Source of the DNA: Bacillota bacterium
Lineage (GTDB): Bacteria > Bacillota > Clostridia > RUG12999
Direction: 5' to 3'
Assembly: GCA_030705675.1 (NCBI GenBank)
Contig: JAUZPZ010000002.1
Location: 1-46,255 of the forward strand
DNA length: 46,255 nucleotides
Positions 8,096 through 15,360 of this stretch are shown piece by piece (within the stretch, counting starts at the first letter, position 1; the number at the start of each line of letters is the position of its first letter). The translations under genes and the position numbers were made by a program. The notes under the pieces are model-generated. The model saw only the letters and a program-made list of their open reading frames with translations, did not search any database and was not told the origin of the DNA.

Positions 8096-8328
8096 TATGT
8101 ACCCCTCTCAACTTTCAAACCCATTGCGTCAGCTATCAGTTCCGGCGATTGAGTAAGTTTTTCTATAACCTTATCCGAAAAACATTCTTCGCAAATATCG
8201 CACTCTTCGCTATCCCACTGATAACGGGTATCTGTCTTGTATATCTCACCGCCGCAGTGTCTACAGTACATAACCGGCTTATCCGTCTGGCTGTCATGCC
8301 CTCTGTAATCGTCTGGTGCGTGTTCCAA
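8095..8328 (-). CDS. Hypothetical zinc-ribbon protein
   Basis: CRHCGG...CDICEEC motif; GGAGG RBS with a TTG start. Confidence 0.5.
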   Translation of the reverse strand: MEHAPDDYRGHDSQTDKPVMYCRHCGGEIYKTDTRYQWDSEECDICEECFSDKVIEKLTQSPELIADAMGLKVERGT

Positions 8329-8425
8329 TTGACAACGCCTCCTATTTGTGCTTATATAAAAATAAGTTGTTTTTCTTGTTGCCGCCCCGTACTGTAGGAA
8401 AGTGCGAGGCGGCTTTTCTTTCGTC

Positions 8426-9145
8426 TTACATCATCACGACGACGTGTCCGGCCTGAATCAGATTGGCAAGCTCAAACTCAAAGTAGCCTTTAATGCTCTT
8501 CTTTGCCGTCATCTTCCACATGCCGCCGTCTGCCTCGAAAAAGCCGATATTCCCGTCTTTATCAAGCCGTACAAGAAATTCACTTTCCGGCTGCTCGACT
8601 TCAAGAAAAGTGCGGTACGGGCGCAACTTTACGCGGGGTTTAACGTTTTCTACGGCTTTCAGGTAAATTCCCTGCTTGGTTTCAACCGTTTGCGTCATTC
8701 CGTTGTCGTTCGACTTAACGCTCTGTTCGTCGGAAATGCGGGAAAGCAAATCAAGTAGATACGCCGTGCCGTCGTTCTCGATAAACTGGCTGCGAAGCTC
8801 AATAAGCGCGTTTTCCTGGGGGCGAAATCCGTATTTGAACTGTGGGACATCGGATTGAACAGCATAAAGGCGGTTGCGGGTAAAGTCGGCCTCGTATGTT
8901 GTATAAATACCGACACAACTTTGCGAAGCAACCTGAACAAACAAAGTAGTATTCAGCCGGTCGATCTCGGTTTTGATAAGTTTAACGGCACTTTCAAGGC
9001 CGTTGATGGTTATTTCGCTAGGACGGTCGACGTGCGGTGGAATACGGGTAAGTTGTCTCTCGGAATACGTCTGATCCCCAATTTTATGTAACGGGTCTTT
9101 GCTCTGCCCCAGGTCAACAAGGTAACTAAGTGCTTCTTTTAACAT
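8426..9145 (-). CDS. Conserved hypothetical phage protein (possibly DUF2303/YfdQ-like)
   Basis: 239-aa ORF with an AAGGAG RBS, positioned beside the recombination genes. The family name is only a recollection. Confidence 0.5.
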   Translation of the reverse strand: MLKEALSYLVDLGQSKDPLHKIGDQTYSERQLTRIPPHVDRPSEITINGLESAVKLIKTEIDRLNTTLFVQVASQSCVGIYTTYEADFTRNRLYAVQSDVPQFKYGFRPQENALIELRSQFIENDGTAYLLDLLSRISDEQSVKSNDNGMTQTVETKQGIYLKAVENVKPRVKLRPYRTFLEVEQPESEFLVRLDKDGNIGFFEADGGMWKMTAKKSIKGYFEFELANLIQAGHVVVMM

Positions 9146-9177
9146 AATGTTTTCTCCTTTTAATAATTTGGGAAAGA

Positions 9178-9546
9178 TTAAGCTTGTTTTAAAAGTCTAA
9201 GGACTTTTGGCTGCTCTTGCTCGCTACCATCGATAGCCCTTTGCCCCGGAACCTGCGGAACCATTTCGACGGCGACCATTTCCCCGTTACTGTCTCCCGT
9301 CAAGTAAAGCGATGTTGCTATCGGGTTTGTGGGCTCCAACTTGGACTTTGCCACAGCGTTTACACGAATTTGTCTGCGTTCTTCATCTGGGATAAGATCG
9401 ACGGTGATTGTAAGAGTGCGCTTTTTCGCGGCCTTGGTATTGACGTCAAGAATGTTGTCGATTATTTTTGCCATTTCATAATCGGCTCGCTCCTGAATCG
9501 CTCCCATTGCCATTTCAAGAATGCATTTTCTGTCTAACTCAGCCAT
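9178..9546 (-). CDS. Hypothetical protein
   Basis: AAGGAGG RBS; 122-aa ORF. Confidence 0.55.
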   Translation of the reverse strand: MAELDRKCILEMAMGAIQERADYEMAKIIDNILDVNTKAAKKRTLTITVDLIPDEERRQIRVNAVAKSKLEPTNPIATSLYLTGDSNGEMVAVEMVPQVPGQRAIDGSEQEQPKVLRLLKQA

Positions 9547-9634
9547 TGACTTTTTCCTCCTTATGTTTATAATTTAGTTAAGTTGATTTTTTCTCGTCTG
9601 CTCGATTCCTGTTGGCGCAGGGTCGAGCTTTTTC

Positions 9635-10132
9635 TTATTCCGGTAGCACATATACATTTTTCCATTGCACCCCGTAATTAATGGCGTCCTGTTTGTCCTC
9701 GATATACAAGTCAATTCTTGAACCGTCGATTGCGCCGCCCCGGTCTTCTACCGTCCTAATGCCAACGTCTTCTATGTATACCTTCGTTCCGGGTGGCAAA
9801 ATTCGCCAGTCAGCCGCTATCGTTCGCCCTGCCGTAACATGTGTACCCGACGCTGTAATGCCGTCTGACTTCCCACACTCGTCGGCGCTGGCGGTATATG
9901 CAGTCACCCTGAACGGGCCAAGCGATACCATTTGAGGCTCAATGCTTTCTTCCTTTTCAGCTTCGATTTGCACCCTCGCTTGCGGTATACAATCGGCCTT
10001 CGCCCTGATTTCCAAAGTACACATACCGTAACCGAAGATCGCGCCTAGAATAAAGAAAAACGCTATGTAGATCCGAAATATAAACGGCATCGGCTGATGA
10101 TTGCTAGACAGGTTGTATTCTCGCTTTATCAA
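9635..10132 (-). CDS. Membrane-anchored 3D-domain (MltA/YuiC-like) peptidoglycan-acting protein
   Basis: N-terminal TM helix (FIFRIYIAFFFILGAIFGYG), then TAYT..CGKSDGITASG...IAADWRILPPGT...DRGGAIDGSRIDL, which is the 3D-domain signature. Confidence 0.75.
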   Translation of the reverse strand: MIKREYNLSSNHQPMPFIFRIYIAFFFILGAIFGYGMCTLEIRAKADCIPQARVQIEAEKEESIEPQMVSLGPFRVTAYTASADECGKSDGITASGTHVTAGRTIAADWRILPPGTKVYIEDVGIRTVEDRGGAIDGSRIDLYIEDKQDAINYGVQWKNVYVLPE

Positions 10133-10148
10133 GGTTTCACGCTCCTTT

Positions 10149-10616
10149 CTATTGATTAGCCTTAAAAAAAGCTTGGGCGAATCCTGGAGGAGTTATGCTG
10201 CGCATCATTTTCGTATGTTCTGACTTCCCACCATAACAGCGCCATAGCTTGCTGCCTTCTGTTGGTTCAACCGGATTTTTCTTAGGCATGTTAAAGTTCC
10301 CCCATAAAAGAGTTTTCTTTGTGTATGTGTCACCGTAATCGCAAGGATTAAATATTAATGCCGGATTACCCATCCACCGGCGCAACCTTCCTACCGGATT
10401 TTCAAACGCCCAAAACACCGAATTGCTTGCTGCAATAATTGTCAGGCAGCGAATAACAACGCCCATGCTTTTAATCGTGCTGCCATCTATATCTTTGCCT
10501 GCCCACCACCTCGCACCGCTACCCGAAAAATCCGTACACGGTGGAGCTGCCAATATACCGTAAACATTCTCTGGTGGTTCATATGTAAGCACGTTGTATT
10601 CCGGCAACGTAATCAC
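10149..10616 (-). CDS. Compact DNA (cytosine-5) methyltransferase (coding sequence very likely extends to 10688)
   Basis: PPCTDFS (motif IV) and FENPVG (motif VI). The first canonical start is the GTG at 10616, but motif I ILDLCGGTGSW is encoded in frame at 10653-10688. Confidence 0.8.
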   Translation of the reverse strand: MITLPEYNVLTYEPPENVYGILAAPPCTDFSGSGARWWAGKDIDGSTIKSMGVVIRCLTIIAASNSVFWAFENPVGRLRRWMGNPALIFNPCDYGDTYTKKTLLWGNFNMPKKNPVEPTEGSKLWRCYGGKSEHTKMMRSITPPGFAQAFFKANQ

Positions 10617-10684
10617 CCTTACGTCATACCCAGCTTCTTTATATGGTCTGCTCCACGAGCCTGTACCGCCGCAGAGATCAAGGA

Positions 10685-10867
10685 TTATCTTCTTACTGTT
10701 GTCCGTAAATCTTCCTCCTTTTCTTTTCCGTAGCCTTGCGGCCCATAAAGCATCCGGTTTATAACGCGGTCTAAAGCTTTGTCTGCCTCGGTCTTCTCGG
10801 ACAGTATGCGCCGGTAGCGCTCCTCAGAGGTTACTTTGCGGTGGAAAGTTCGTAATACAAGTGGCAT
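10685..10867 (-). CDS. Hypothetical 60-aa protein
   Basis: AAAGGAG RBS 6 nt before the ATG at 10867. Confidence 0.5.
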   Translation of the reverse strand: MPLVLRTFHRKVTSEERYRRILSEKTEADKALDRVINRMLYGPQGYGKEKEEDLRTTVRR

Positions 10868-10880
10868 AAAATACTCCTTT

Positions 10881-10979
10881 CTAAAACCTTGCAATCGCAA
10901 TCATCAGTAAAATTCCAATTAAAGTTATTAACCATGAAAATTCGTTGCTCTCTCGGCATTTTTCAGTCAGCCATTTCAT
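10881..10979 (-). CDS. Possible 32-aa single-TM peptide
   Basis: MKWLTEKCRESNEFSWLITLIGILLMIAIARF. Its start overlaps the end of 10963-11259. Below the track cutoff. Confidence 0.3.
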   Translation of the reverse strand: MKWLTEKCRESNEFSWLITLIGILLMIAIARF

Positions 10980-11259
10980 CAGAATCACCGCCCAACATAA
11001 CCAGTTTGATTCGCTCCCAAAGTTCAAACGGCTCATGCCCTCTGACGCAGTAAAAACGGCGTTTGCAAATAATAATGCTGTTCATTTCCTCAATTGCGTC
11101 TTGAACGGTGTCAAACGTGCCAAGCAAAGTATTTTTGTAATATAGATTGATCCCCATGCAAACGTCTTTGTAAAACTTTGGAACAGTTAATAATGCATCT
11201 GGTAAATCCGATTTTTTAACGTTGATAATGCGGTCGCGATCTTGATTGATGATAAACAT
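10963..11259 (-). CDS. Hypothetical protein
   Basis: AAGGAG RBS; 98-aa ORF. Confidence 0.55.
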   Translation of the reverse strand: MFIINQDRDRIINVKKSDLPDALLTVPKFYKDVCMGINLYYKNTLLGTFDTVQDAIEEMNSIIICKRRFYCVRGHEPFELWERIKLVMLGGDSDEMAD

Positions 11260-11278
11260 ATAAATAATCTCCTTAAAA

Positions 11279-11752
11279 TTAAATTTGAGATTCGTTTATA
11301 CGGCCGCTATTTTTTACGTCTTTTCGAGCAAGGCCGGTTAGAGATTGATAGCTTCTGCCGTGCAAGATATTAAGAATTGTTGTGTGGTCAACCCCAAAAA
11401 AGCCTCCTATGTACCTTAAAGATTTTCCTTTTGCGTGTAATTCAAAAACCATCATTACTTGATTAAAAGCAAGCTTTCTTGATGAATAATCTGGATGCAG
11501 CTTTTTGTAATCAGAAATCTTTCGTCTGGTTTCTTCCGTCGGATGCTTACCGGTCATATGGTGCCGCGCATGTTTTGATCGTGTCGTAAGCTCAAGATTT
11601 TCAGGATCATTGTTCTGCTTATCCTCGTCACCGTGATGAACGATCTCGCTAGATGTAAGTGGCCTGCCTAATTTTTCTTCCATCACAAGACGGTGAACAT
11701 CATGTTTAACACCGTGAACCTTTTTGCCTTGATAATACTTTCCGCTTCTCAT
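11279..11752 (-). CDS. HNH endonuclease with a C-terminal HTH
   Basis: HRLVMEEKLGRPL..EIVHHGDEDKQNNDPENLEL..SKHARHH HNH motif. The ATG at 11752 lies 4 nt after the upstream stop. Confidence 0.8.
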   Translation of the reverse strand: MRSGKYYQGKKVHGVKHDVHRLVMEEKLGRPLTSSEIVHHGDEDKQNNDPENLELTTRSKHARHHMTGKHPTEETRRKISDYKKLHPDYSSRKLAFNQVMMVFELHAKGKSLRYIGGFFGVDHTTILNILHGRSYQSLTGLARKDVKNSGRINESQI

Positions 11753-11756
11753 CCGG

Positions 11757-12011
11757 TTACTTCCCAAGCAATGTACTCGACATTTCGTCTTTTGGAATAT
11801 GTAACTTCTGAGACATTCTGGAAATTTCTTCAATCGTAAAATCTCCCGGTTCTTTTAAGCGGCGGTAAAAGGTTCCGCCAGACATACACAGTGCCGCGCA
11901 CAATTCCGGAACTTCTACCCCGGACAAATACAAATACTTTTTAATGGTTGCAATCAACAATGCGTCTCTTTCTTGGGTTGCGGTTTTGCGAAGTTTAGGA
12001 ATGGCCGCCAT
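11757..12011 (-). CDS. Hypothetical HTH-like early protein
   Basis: 84-aa ORF with an ELCAALCMSGGTFYRRLKEPGDFTIEEI HTH-like stretch. The start choice is uncertain. Confidence 0.45.
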   Translation of the reverse strand: MAAIPKLRKTATQERDALLIATIKKYLYLSGVEVPELCAALCMSGGTFYRRLKEPGDFTIEEISRMSQKLHIPKDEMSSTLLGK

Positions 12012-12231
12012 CTCCTTTCGCTTTTTTCTCTAATTCCGAAAGAATCTCATCAATATAACGTAAAATTCTTTCGTCCTTTTCGCCACGAGAATGACCGTTT
12101 ACGCATCGGCTCATGTCAGATTCAAAAATGCTTTCAAAAGGGTATTTTGCAATGATTTTACGCAATATATCAACCTGACTTGTTCCCGCGCGCAAGATAC
12201 GAATTTTTAACTCAATTCCTGGGATTATCAA
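11995..12231 (-). CDS. Cro-like XRE-family HTH protein (first early gene)
   Basis: AAAGGAG followed by 8 nt and a TTG at 12231. LKIRILRAGTSQVDILRKI HTH. Divergent from the repressor gene. Confidence 0.55.
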   Translation of the reverse strand: MIIPGIELKIRILRAGTSQVDILRKIIAKYPFESIFESDMSRCVNGHSRGEKDERILRYIDEILSELEKKAKGDGGHS

Positions 12232-12393
12232 CTTCCACACTCCTTTTTGACAAATTATGCAAATAGTAGTTGACAAGCGGCGTAAGCTGTAATATTGTAT
12301 AGGCGTCAACAAACACAATATTTTTTTGCTTTGCAATAAAGATTTGCAGGGCTACTTTTCCTATGCCGTGCGCCGCTATCAACTTATGGTTAT

Positions 12394-12422
12394 AGTATAA
12401 TTAGAATTTTTCTAAGTGTCAA
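12394..12422 (-). promoter_or_regulatory. Early (lytic) promoter TTGACA-17-TATACT
   Basis: -35 at 12417-12422 and -10 at 12394-12399 on the minus strand. The 17-nt spacer contains an operator palindrome. Confidence 0.7.
12401..12415. promoter_or_regulatory. Operator copy 1, palindrome TTAGAA-TTT-TTCTAA
   Basis: A 15-bp site with perfect 6-bp inverted arms, located inside the early-promoter spacer. Confidence 0.7.
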
Positions 12423-12430
12423 GGCTTAAC

Positions 12431-12445
12431 TTAGAATTTTTCTAA
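12431..12445. promoter_or_regulatory. Operator copy 2, identical 15-mer
   Basis: Exact repeat of 12401-12415, 30 bp away. A degenerate third copy (TTAGAAAAATTTGTA) lies at 12676-12690. Confidence 0.7.
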
Positions 12446-12508
12446 TTATTGTTGCATTGCACAAAAAACAACCCCGCATTTAGCGAGGTTGCACAAAGGA
12501 GATATATT

Positions 12509-12679
12509 ATGGTGCTGAATCAAGATTGTGCTCGTACACTTTTGTTTTATCTGGAAGACAATATAAAGCTTAATAATAGCGGTCAAGCTCAACCTTTGTA
12601 TTTAAGAGCATGCATCAATAAACCACCGTTAAATAATTATTCTCGTGATGATGTGCATACGGCTGCAAGATACAGTTAG
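12509..12679 (+). CDS. Hypothetical 56-aa protein upstream of the repressor
   Basis: AAGGAG RBS 8 nt before the ATG at 12509. Confidence 0.45.
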   Translation: MVLNQDCARTLLFYLEDNIKLNNSGQAQPLYLRACINKPPLNNYSRDDVHTAARYS

Positions 12680-12708
12680 AAAAATTTGTAGATAGGGGGG
12701 AAATGTAG

Positions 12709-13056
12709 ATGGATACAATTGATCGGATTTTTGATCTACTAGATAAATCTGGGGTTGAACAAAAAGAATTTGCAGAAGCAATAGGAACTACGCCAAACAA
12801 GGTAAGCGAATGGAAAGCAAGAAAAACAAAATCATACAACAAATATTTGCATAAAATAGCCAGTTTTTTTAATGTAGATATCAATTATTTATTGTGCGTA
12901 ACAGACGAAAAAAATAAGCCCACCGTAAATTACGATGAGCTTGATGACGAAACAAAAAAGAGTGTTGAAGTGCTTAAGAAGTTTTCTCCCAAATATCGTC
13001 AAGTTGTCTTAAAAATGCTTGAGGATCTTGCTGCTCACGAGAAAGGTCAAGAATAA
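12709..13056 (+). CDS. XRE-family (cI-like) repressor without a peptidase domain
   Basis: VEQKEFAEAIGTTPNKVSEWKARKTKSYNKYLHKIASFFNVDINYLL HTH_XRE signature; 115 aa. Confidence 0.8.
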   Translation: MDTIDRIFDLLDKSGVEQKEFAEAIGTTPNKVSEWKARKTKSYNKYLHKIASFFNVDINYLLCVTDEKNKPTVNYDELDDETKKSVEVLKKFSPKYRQVVLKMLEDLAAHEKGQE

Positions 13057-13147
13057 TTTTAACGTATTTTTTGGGATTGCGCACCGATTTTAAGATATCA
13101 AGATATCTTTGAATGTCTTTTTCCAGTTGTCTTTTCGGTTCGATCAT
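12974..13147 (-). CDS. Small ORF (57 aa) driven by the LexA-box promoter; candidate antirepressor
   Basis: AAAGGGG RBS 8 nt before the ATG at 13147. A strong promoter and a LexA box lie upstream. Its 3-prime 83 nt are antisense to the repressor gene. Confidence 0.45.
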   Translation of the reverse strand: MIEPKRQLEKDIQRYLDILKSVRNPKKYVKIILDLSREQQDPQAFLRQLDDIWEKTS

Positions 13148-13169
13148 GGCGCATACCCCTTTCATAAAT

Positions 13170-13189
13170 AGAACGTTTGTTCGAACAAA
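13170..13189. promoter_or_regulatory. Cheo-type LexA box AGAACGTTTGTTCG within the palindrome TTTGTTCGAACAAA
   Basis: GAAC-N4-GTTC at 13171-13182, and a perfect 14-bp palindrome at 13176-13189. It overlaps the predicted +1 of the promoter at 13194-13222. Confidence 0.6.
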
Positions 13190-13193
13190 TTTT

Positions 13194-13222
13194 ATTATAC
13201 TACCAGATTTTAGGCTTGTCTA
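13194..13222 (-). promoter_or_regulatory. Promoter TAGACA-17-TATAAT
   Basis: -35 at 13217-13222 and -10 at 13194-13199, read on the minus strand. Confidence 0.6.
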
Positions 13223-13250
13223 TAAGATTTTTATATTTTGAGGTAAGGCA

Positions 13251-13799
13251 ATGAACGACTATATCAATATTCCAGCTATGGATGATGAAGAACTTTTGAA
13301 AATTTGGGATGCCCGAAAAGAATATCGAGAAGAAATTATTGATGAAGTTGTTGACGAAATTAAAAAACGAGATTTGGACAAAAAGAAAGACAATTGTATT
13401 GATCTAGATGCCGCAATACGGCAGCAAAAAGAATGCCCTAATTTTAAAAGTAAGAATAAATTTTCAAAAAATAAATACTATTCAAAAAATTTTTTTCCTA
13501 TTTCTATAATTATAGCTAGTTTTTTTATATCAACCGGGTTAGCTTTGCTTGCGCTATCTAATAGATTTTATATTGATTCTGCCACATCTAATAAAGTAGA
13601 TAGACTTACCGGAAAAGTTGAAAAAATAGACAAACAAAATGAAAGATACATAACAAACGTGACAAATCCCAATAAAGGCACAACGAAAATCGTAATTTTT
13701 GATAAAGAAACCGATAAGTTTTATGTTTATACGTGCGATACTTTTAGCAGAAAAGCTGAATTTGATGTTTATTTTGCAACAAAAAGTATTGGAAAATAA
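13251..13799 (+). CDS. Single-pass membrane protein (candidate superinfection-exclusion / lysogenic-conversion gene)
   Basis: 182 aa with a central TM helix (FFPISIIIASFFISTGLALLAL). The gene is visibly AT-rich and sits between the repressor and integrase. Confidence 0.6.
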   Translation: MNDYINIPAMDDEELLKIWDARKEYREEIIDEVVDEIKKRDLDKKKDNCIDLDAAIRQQKECPNFKSKNKFSKNKYYSKNFFPISIIIASFFISTGLALLALSNRFYIDSATSNKVDRLTGKVEKIDKQNERYITNVTNPNKGTTKIVIFDKETDKFYVYTCDTFSRKAEFDVYFATKSIGK

Positions 13800-14054
13800 A
13801 AAAAGACAGTTTCAACAACTGCCTGATTAGACGACGAGATGTCTCGCTAAATTACAACTGGCAGTCATAGGTTATCCCCTTAGACCCTATAGCTTTGCGC
13901 CCTTACCTTTCGGTATGTTTGCCGAATATTTAATTGTATATCTAGCGAATTTGTTACATTTACATAATAATACTATGTTTTGCCAATTACAACAAATATT
14001 TTAATATTATATAAAACAAACGCAAGCAATGGTTTTGGAAGAAGGGGTTTGCTT

Positions 14055-15110
14055 ATGCCCAAAGCAAAAAAATTGCCAAGTGGCAGTTGGTATATTCAAG
14101 TATCAACGGGGAAAAAAGAAAAAGGGAAATATAAATATGAATCTCGGGCTTTCCCCTCAAAAGAAGAAGCCGAATTTTGGGCCGCTGAATATAATTTACA
14201 TAAAACAAACATATCTAAATCTCTTACCAATTTAACGTTGGAAGAAGCCATGACACGATATATAGAAAGTAAAGACTGCGTGTTGTCGCCATCGACTATC
14301 GCCGGTTATAAAAAACTTAAAAAGAATTGTTTGCAGGGGTTAATGAAAATTAAATTAAATAAAATTACCCAGGAGATGATCCAGAAAGAAATCAATGCAA
14401 TGGCAAAGGATCACGCCTCAAAATATGTAAGCAATGCACACGGGCTATTAAATTCGGTATTTAAGGAATATTATCCAGACTTTACGCTTAAGACTGCTTT
14501 ACCGCAAAAACAACCATACAGCGCAAATATACCGGCAACAAATGAGATTGAACTTATTATTAAAGCTGTAAAAGATACGTCAATAGAATTGCCTGTTCTG
14601 TTGGCGCTGTGGCAAGGAATGAGAATGTCTGAAATAAGGGGCATTAAATGGGATTCGATAAAAGGCGACATGCTTCACATCAAAACAGCAATAGTTGACG
14701 CAGAAAATAAAGCCGTTGAAAAGGGAACAAAAACGGTCGCAAGCAATAGAAAAATTAAGTTGCCCAATTATCTCCTTGACCTAATAAAAAAGCAGCCGAA
14801 GAATAATGAGTTTATTGTAACGTTATCCGGACAAGCAATTTATAAAAGGTTTACAAGGCTTTGCGAAAAGGAAGGTCTTCCACATTATCGTTTTCACGAC
14901 TTACGCCATACAAATGCATCTGTTATGCTTGCGTTGAAAATACCAGACAAATACGCAATGGAGCGCGGAGGATGGGCCACAAACAACACATTAAAAACGG
15001 TTTATCAACACACAATGTCAGACGAAAGAAAGATTGTAGACGATAAAGTCAACACCTATTTTGAAAGCTTATTATCATACAAATTATCACACGATGTTTC
15101 CAATGTGTAG
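14055..15110 (+). CDS. int: Tyrosine site-specific integrase
   Basis: GMRMSEIRGIKW (Arg), FHDLRHT (HxxR) and GGW...VYQHT (Tyr). GGAAGAAGGGG RBS before the ATG at 14055. Confidence 0.9.
   Translation: MPKAKKLPSGSWYIQVSTGKKEKGKYKYESRAFPSKEEAEFWAAEYNLHKTNISKSLTNLTLEEAMTRYIESKDCVLSPSTIAGYKKLKKNCLQGLMKIKLNKITQEMIQKEINAMAKDHASKYVSNAHGLLNSVFKEYYPDFTLKTALPQKQPYSANIPATNEIELIIKAVKDTSIELPVLLALWQGMRMSEIRGIKWDSIKGDMLHIKTAIVDAENKAVEKGTKTVASNRKIKLPNYLLDLIKKQPKNNEFIVTLSGQAIYKRFTRLCEKEGLPHYRFHDLRHTNASVMLALKIPDKYAMERGGWATNNTLKTVYQHTMSDERKIVDDKVNTYFESLLSYKLSHDVSNV
15071..15094. repeat. Arm-type repeat pair (ATTATCAYA x2) inside the int 3-prime end
   Basis: The 24-mer attatcatacaaattatcacacga recurs at 15321-15344 with one mismatch. 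Confidence 0.7.
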
Positions 15111-15143
15111 TAATATCAAAGGGCATGGCGTTTTGGACGGGTT

Positions 15144-15166
15144 TTCAACTCCCCCCGCCTCCACCA
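15144..15166 (+). other. Candidate attP core: mimic of a tRNA 3-prime end
   Basis: TTCAACT (T-loop TTCRANY), CCCCC, CGCCTCC, A and CCA fit the 7+5+7+1+3 tRNA geometry. A terminator follows. No matching 5-prime half is present. Confidence 0.5.
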
Positions 15167-15168
15167 AA

Positions 15169-15198
15169 ACAGACGATACGATGTGTCGTCTGTTTTTC
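15169..15198 (+). terminator. Rho-independent terminator
   Basis: ACAGACGA/TCGTCTGT 8-bp stem followed by TTTTTC. Confidence 0.7.
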
Positions 15199-15303
15199 TT
15201 TATATTTCAATGCTTTCATTGGCTTTCTAAGCAATACGGGCATTTAGATAAATTTTATTCGTTTCAAATATGACATTATAATGTAGCAAATATAAGCACC
15301 ACA

Positions 15304-15344
15304 TGTGATAATAAAAGAAGATTATCACACAAATTATCACACGA
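15304..15344. repeat. Second cluster of the 9-mer: one inverted copy and two direct copies
   Basis: TGTGATAAT at 15304-15312 (inverted); ATTATCACA at 15321-15329 and 15333-15341. Confidence 0.7.
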
Positions 15345-15360
15345 AATTTATGCTACATTT

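Noticed and set aside
8340-8425. GCCGCC...GGCGGC hairpin followed by a T-run on the plus strand, in a minus-strand operon.
   Set aside because: It is oriented against the flow of transcription and has no plus-strand gene to terminate. It was noted only as a possible antisense-transcription barrier, with insufficient support.
12401-12445. Two identical 15-mers with a 30-bp period, considered as a possible mini CRISPR array.
   Set aside because: There are only two copies. Each is an internal palindrome sitting in a promoter between divergent regulators, so they are operators. No cas genes and no further repeats are present.
15100-15166. A complete tRNA gene ending at the CCA at 15166.
   Set aside because: Only the last 23 nt fit tRNA geometry. 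No complementary acceptor 5-prime strand (GGAGGCG) or D/anticodon arms exist upstream, and that upstream sequence is the int coding end.
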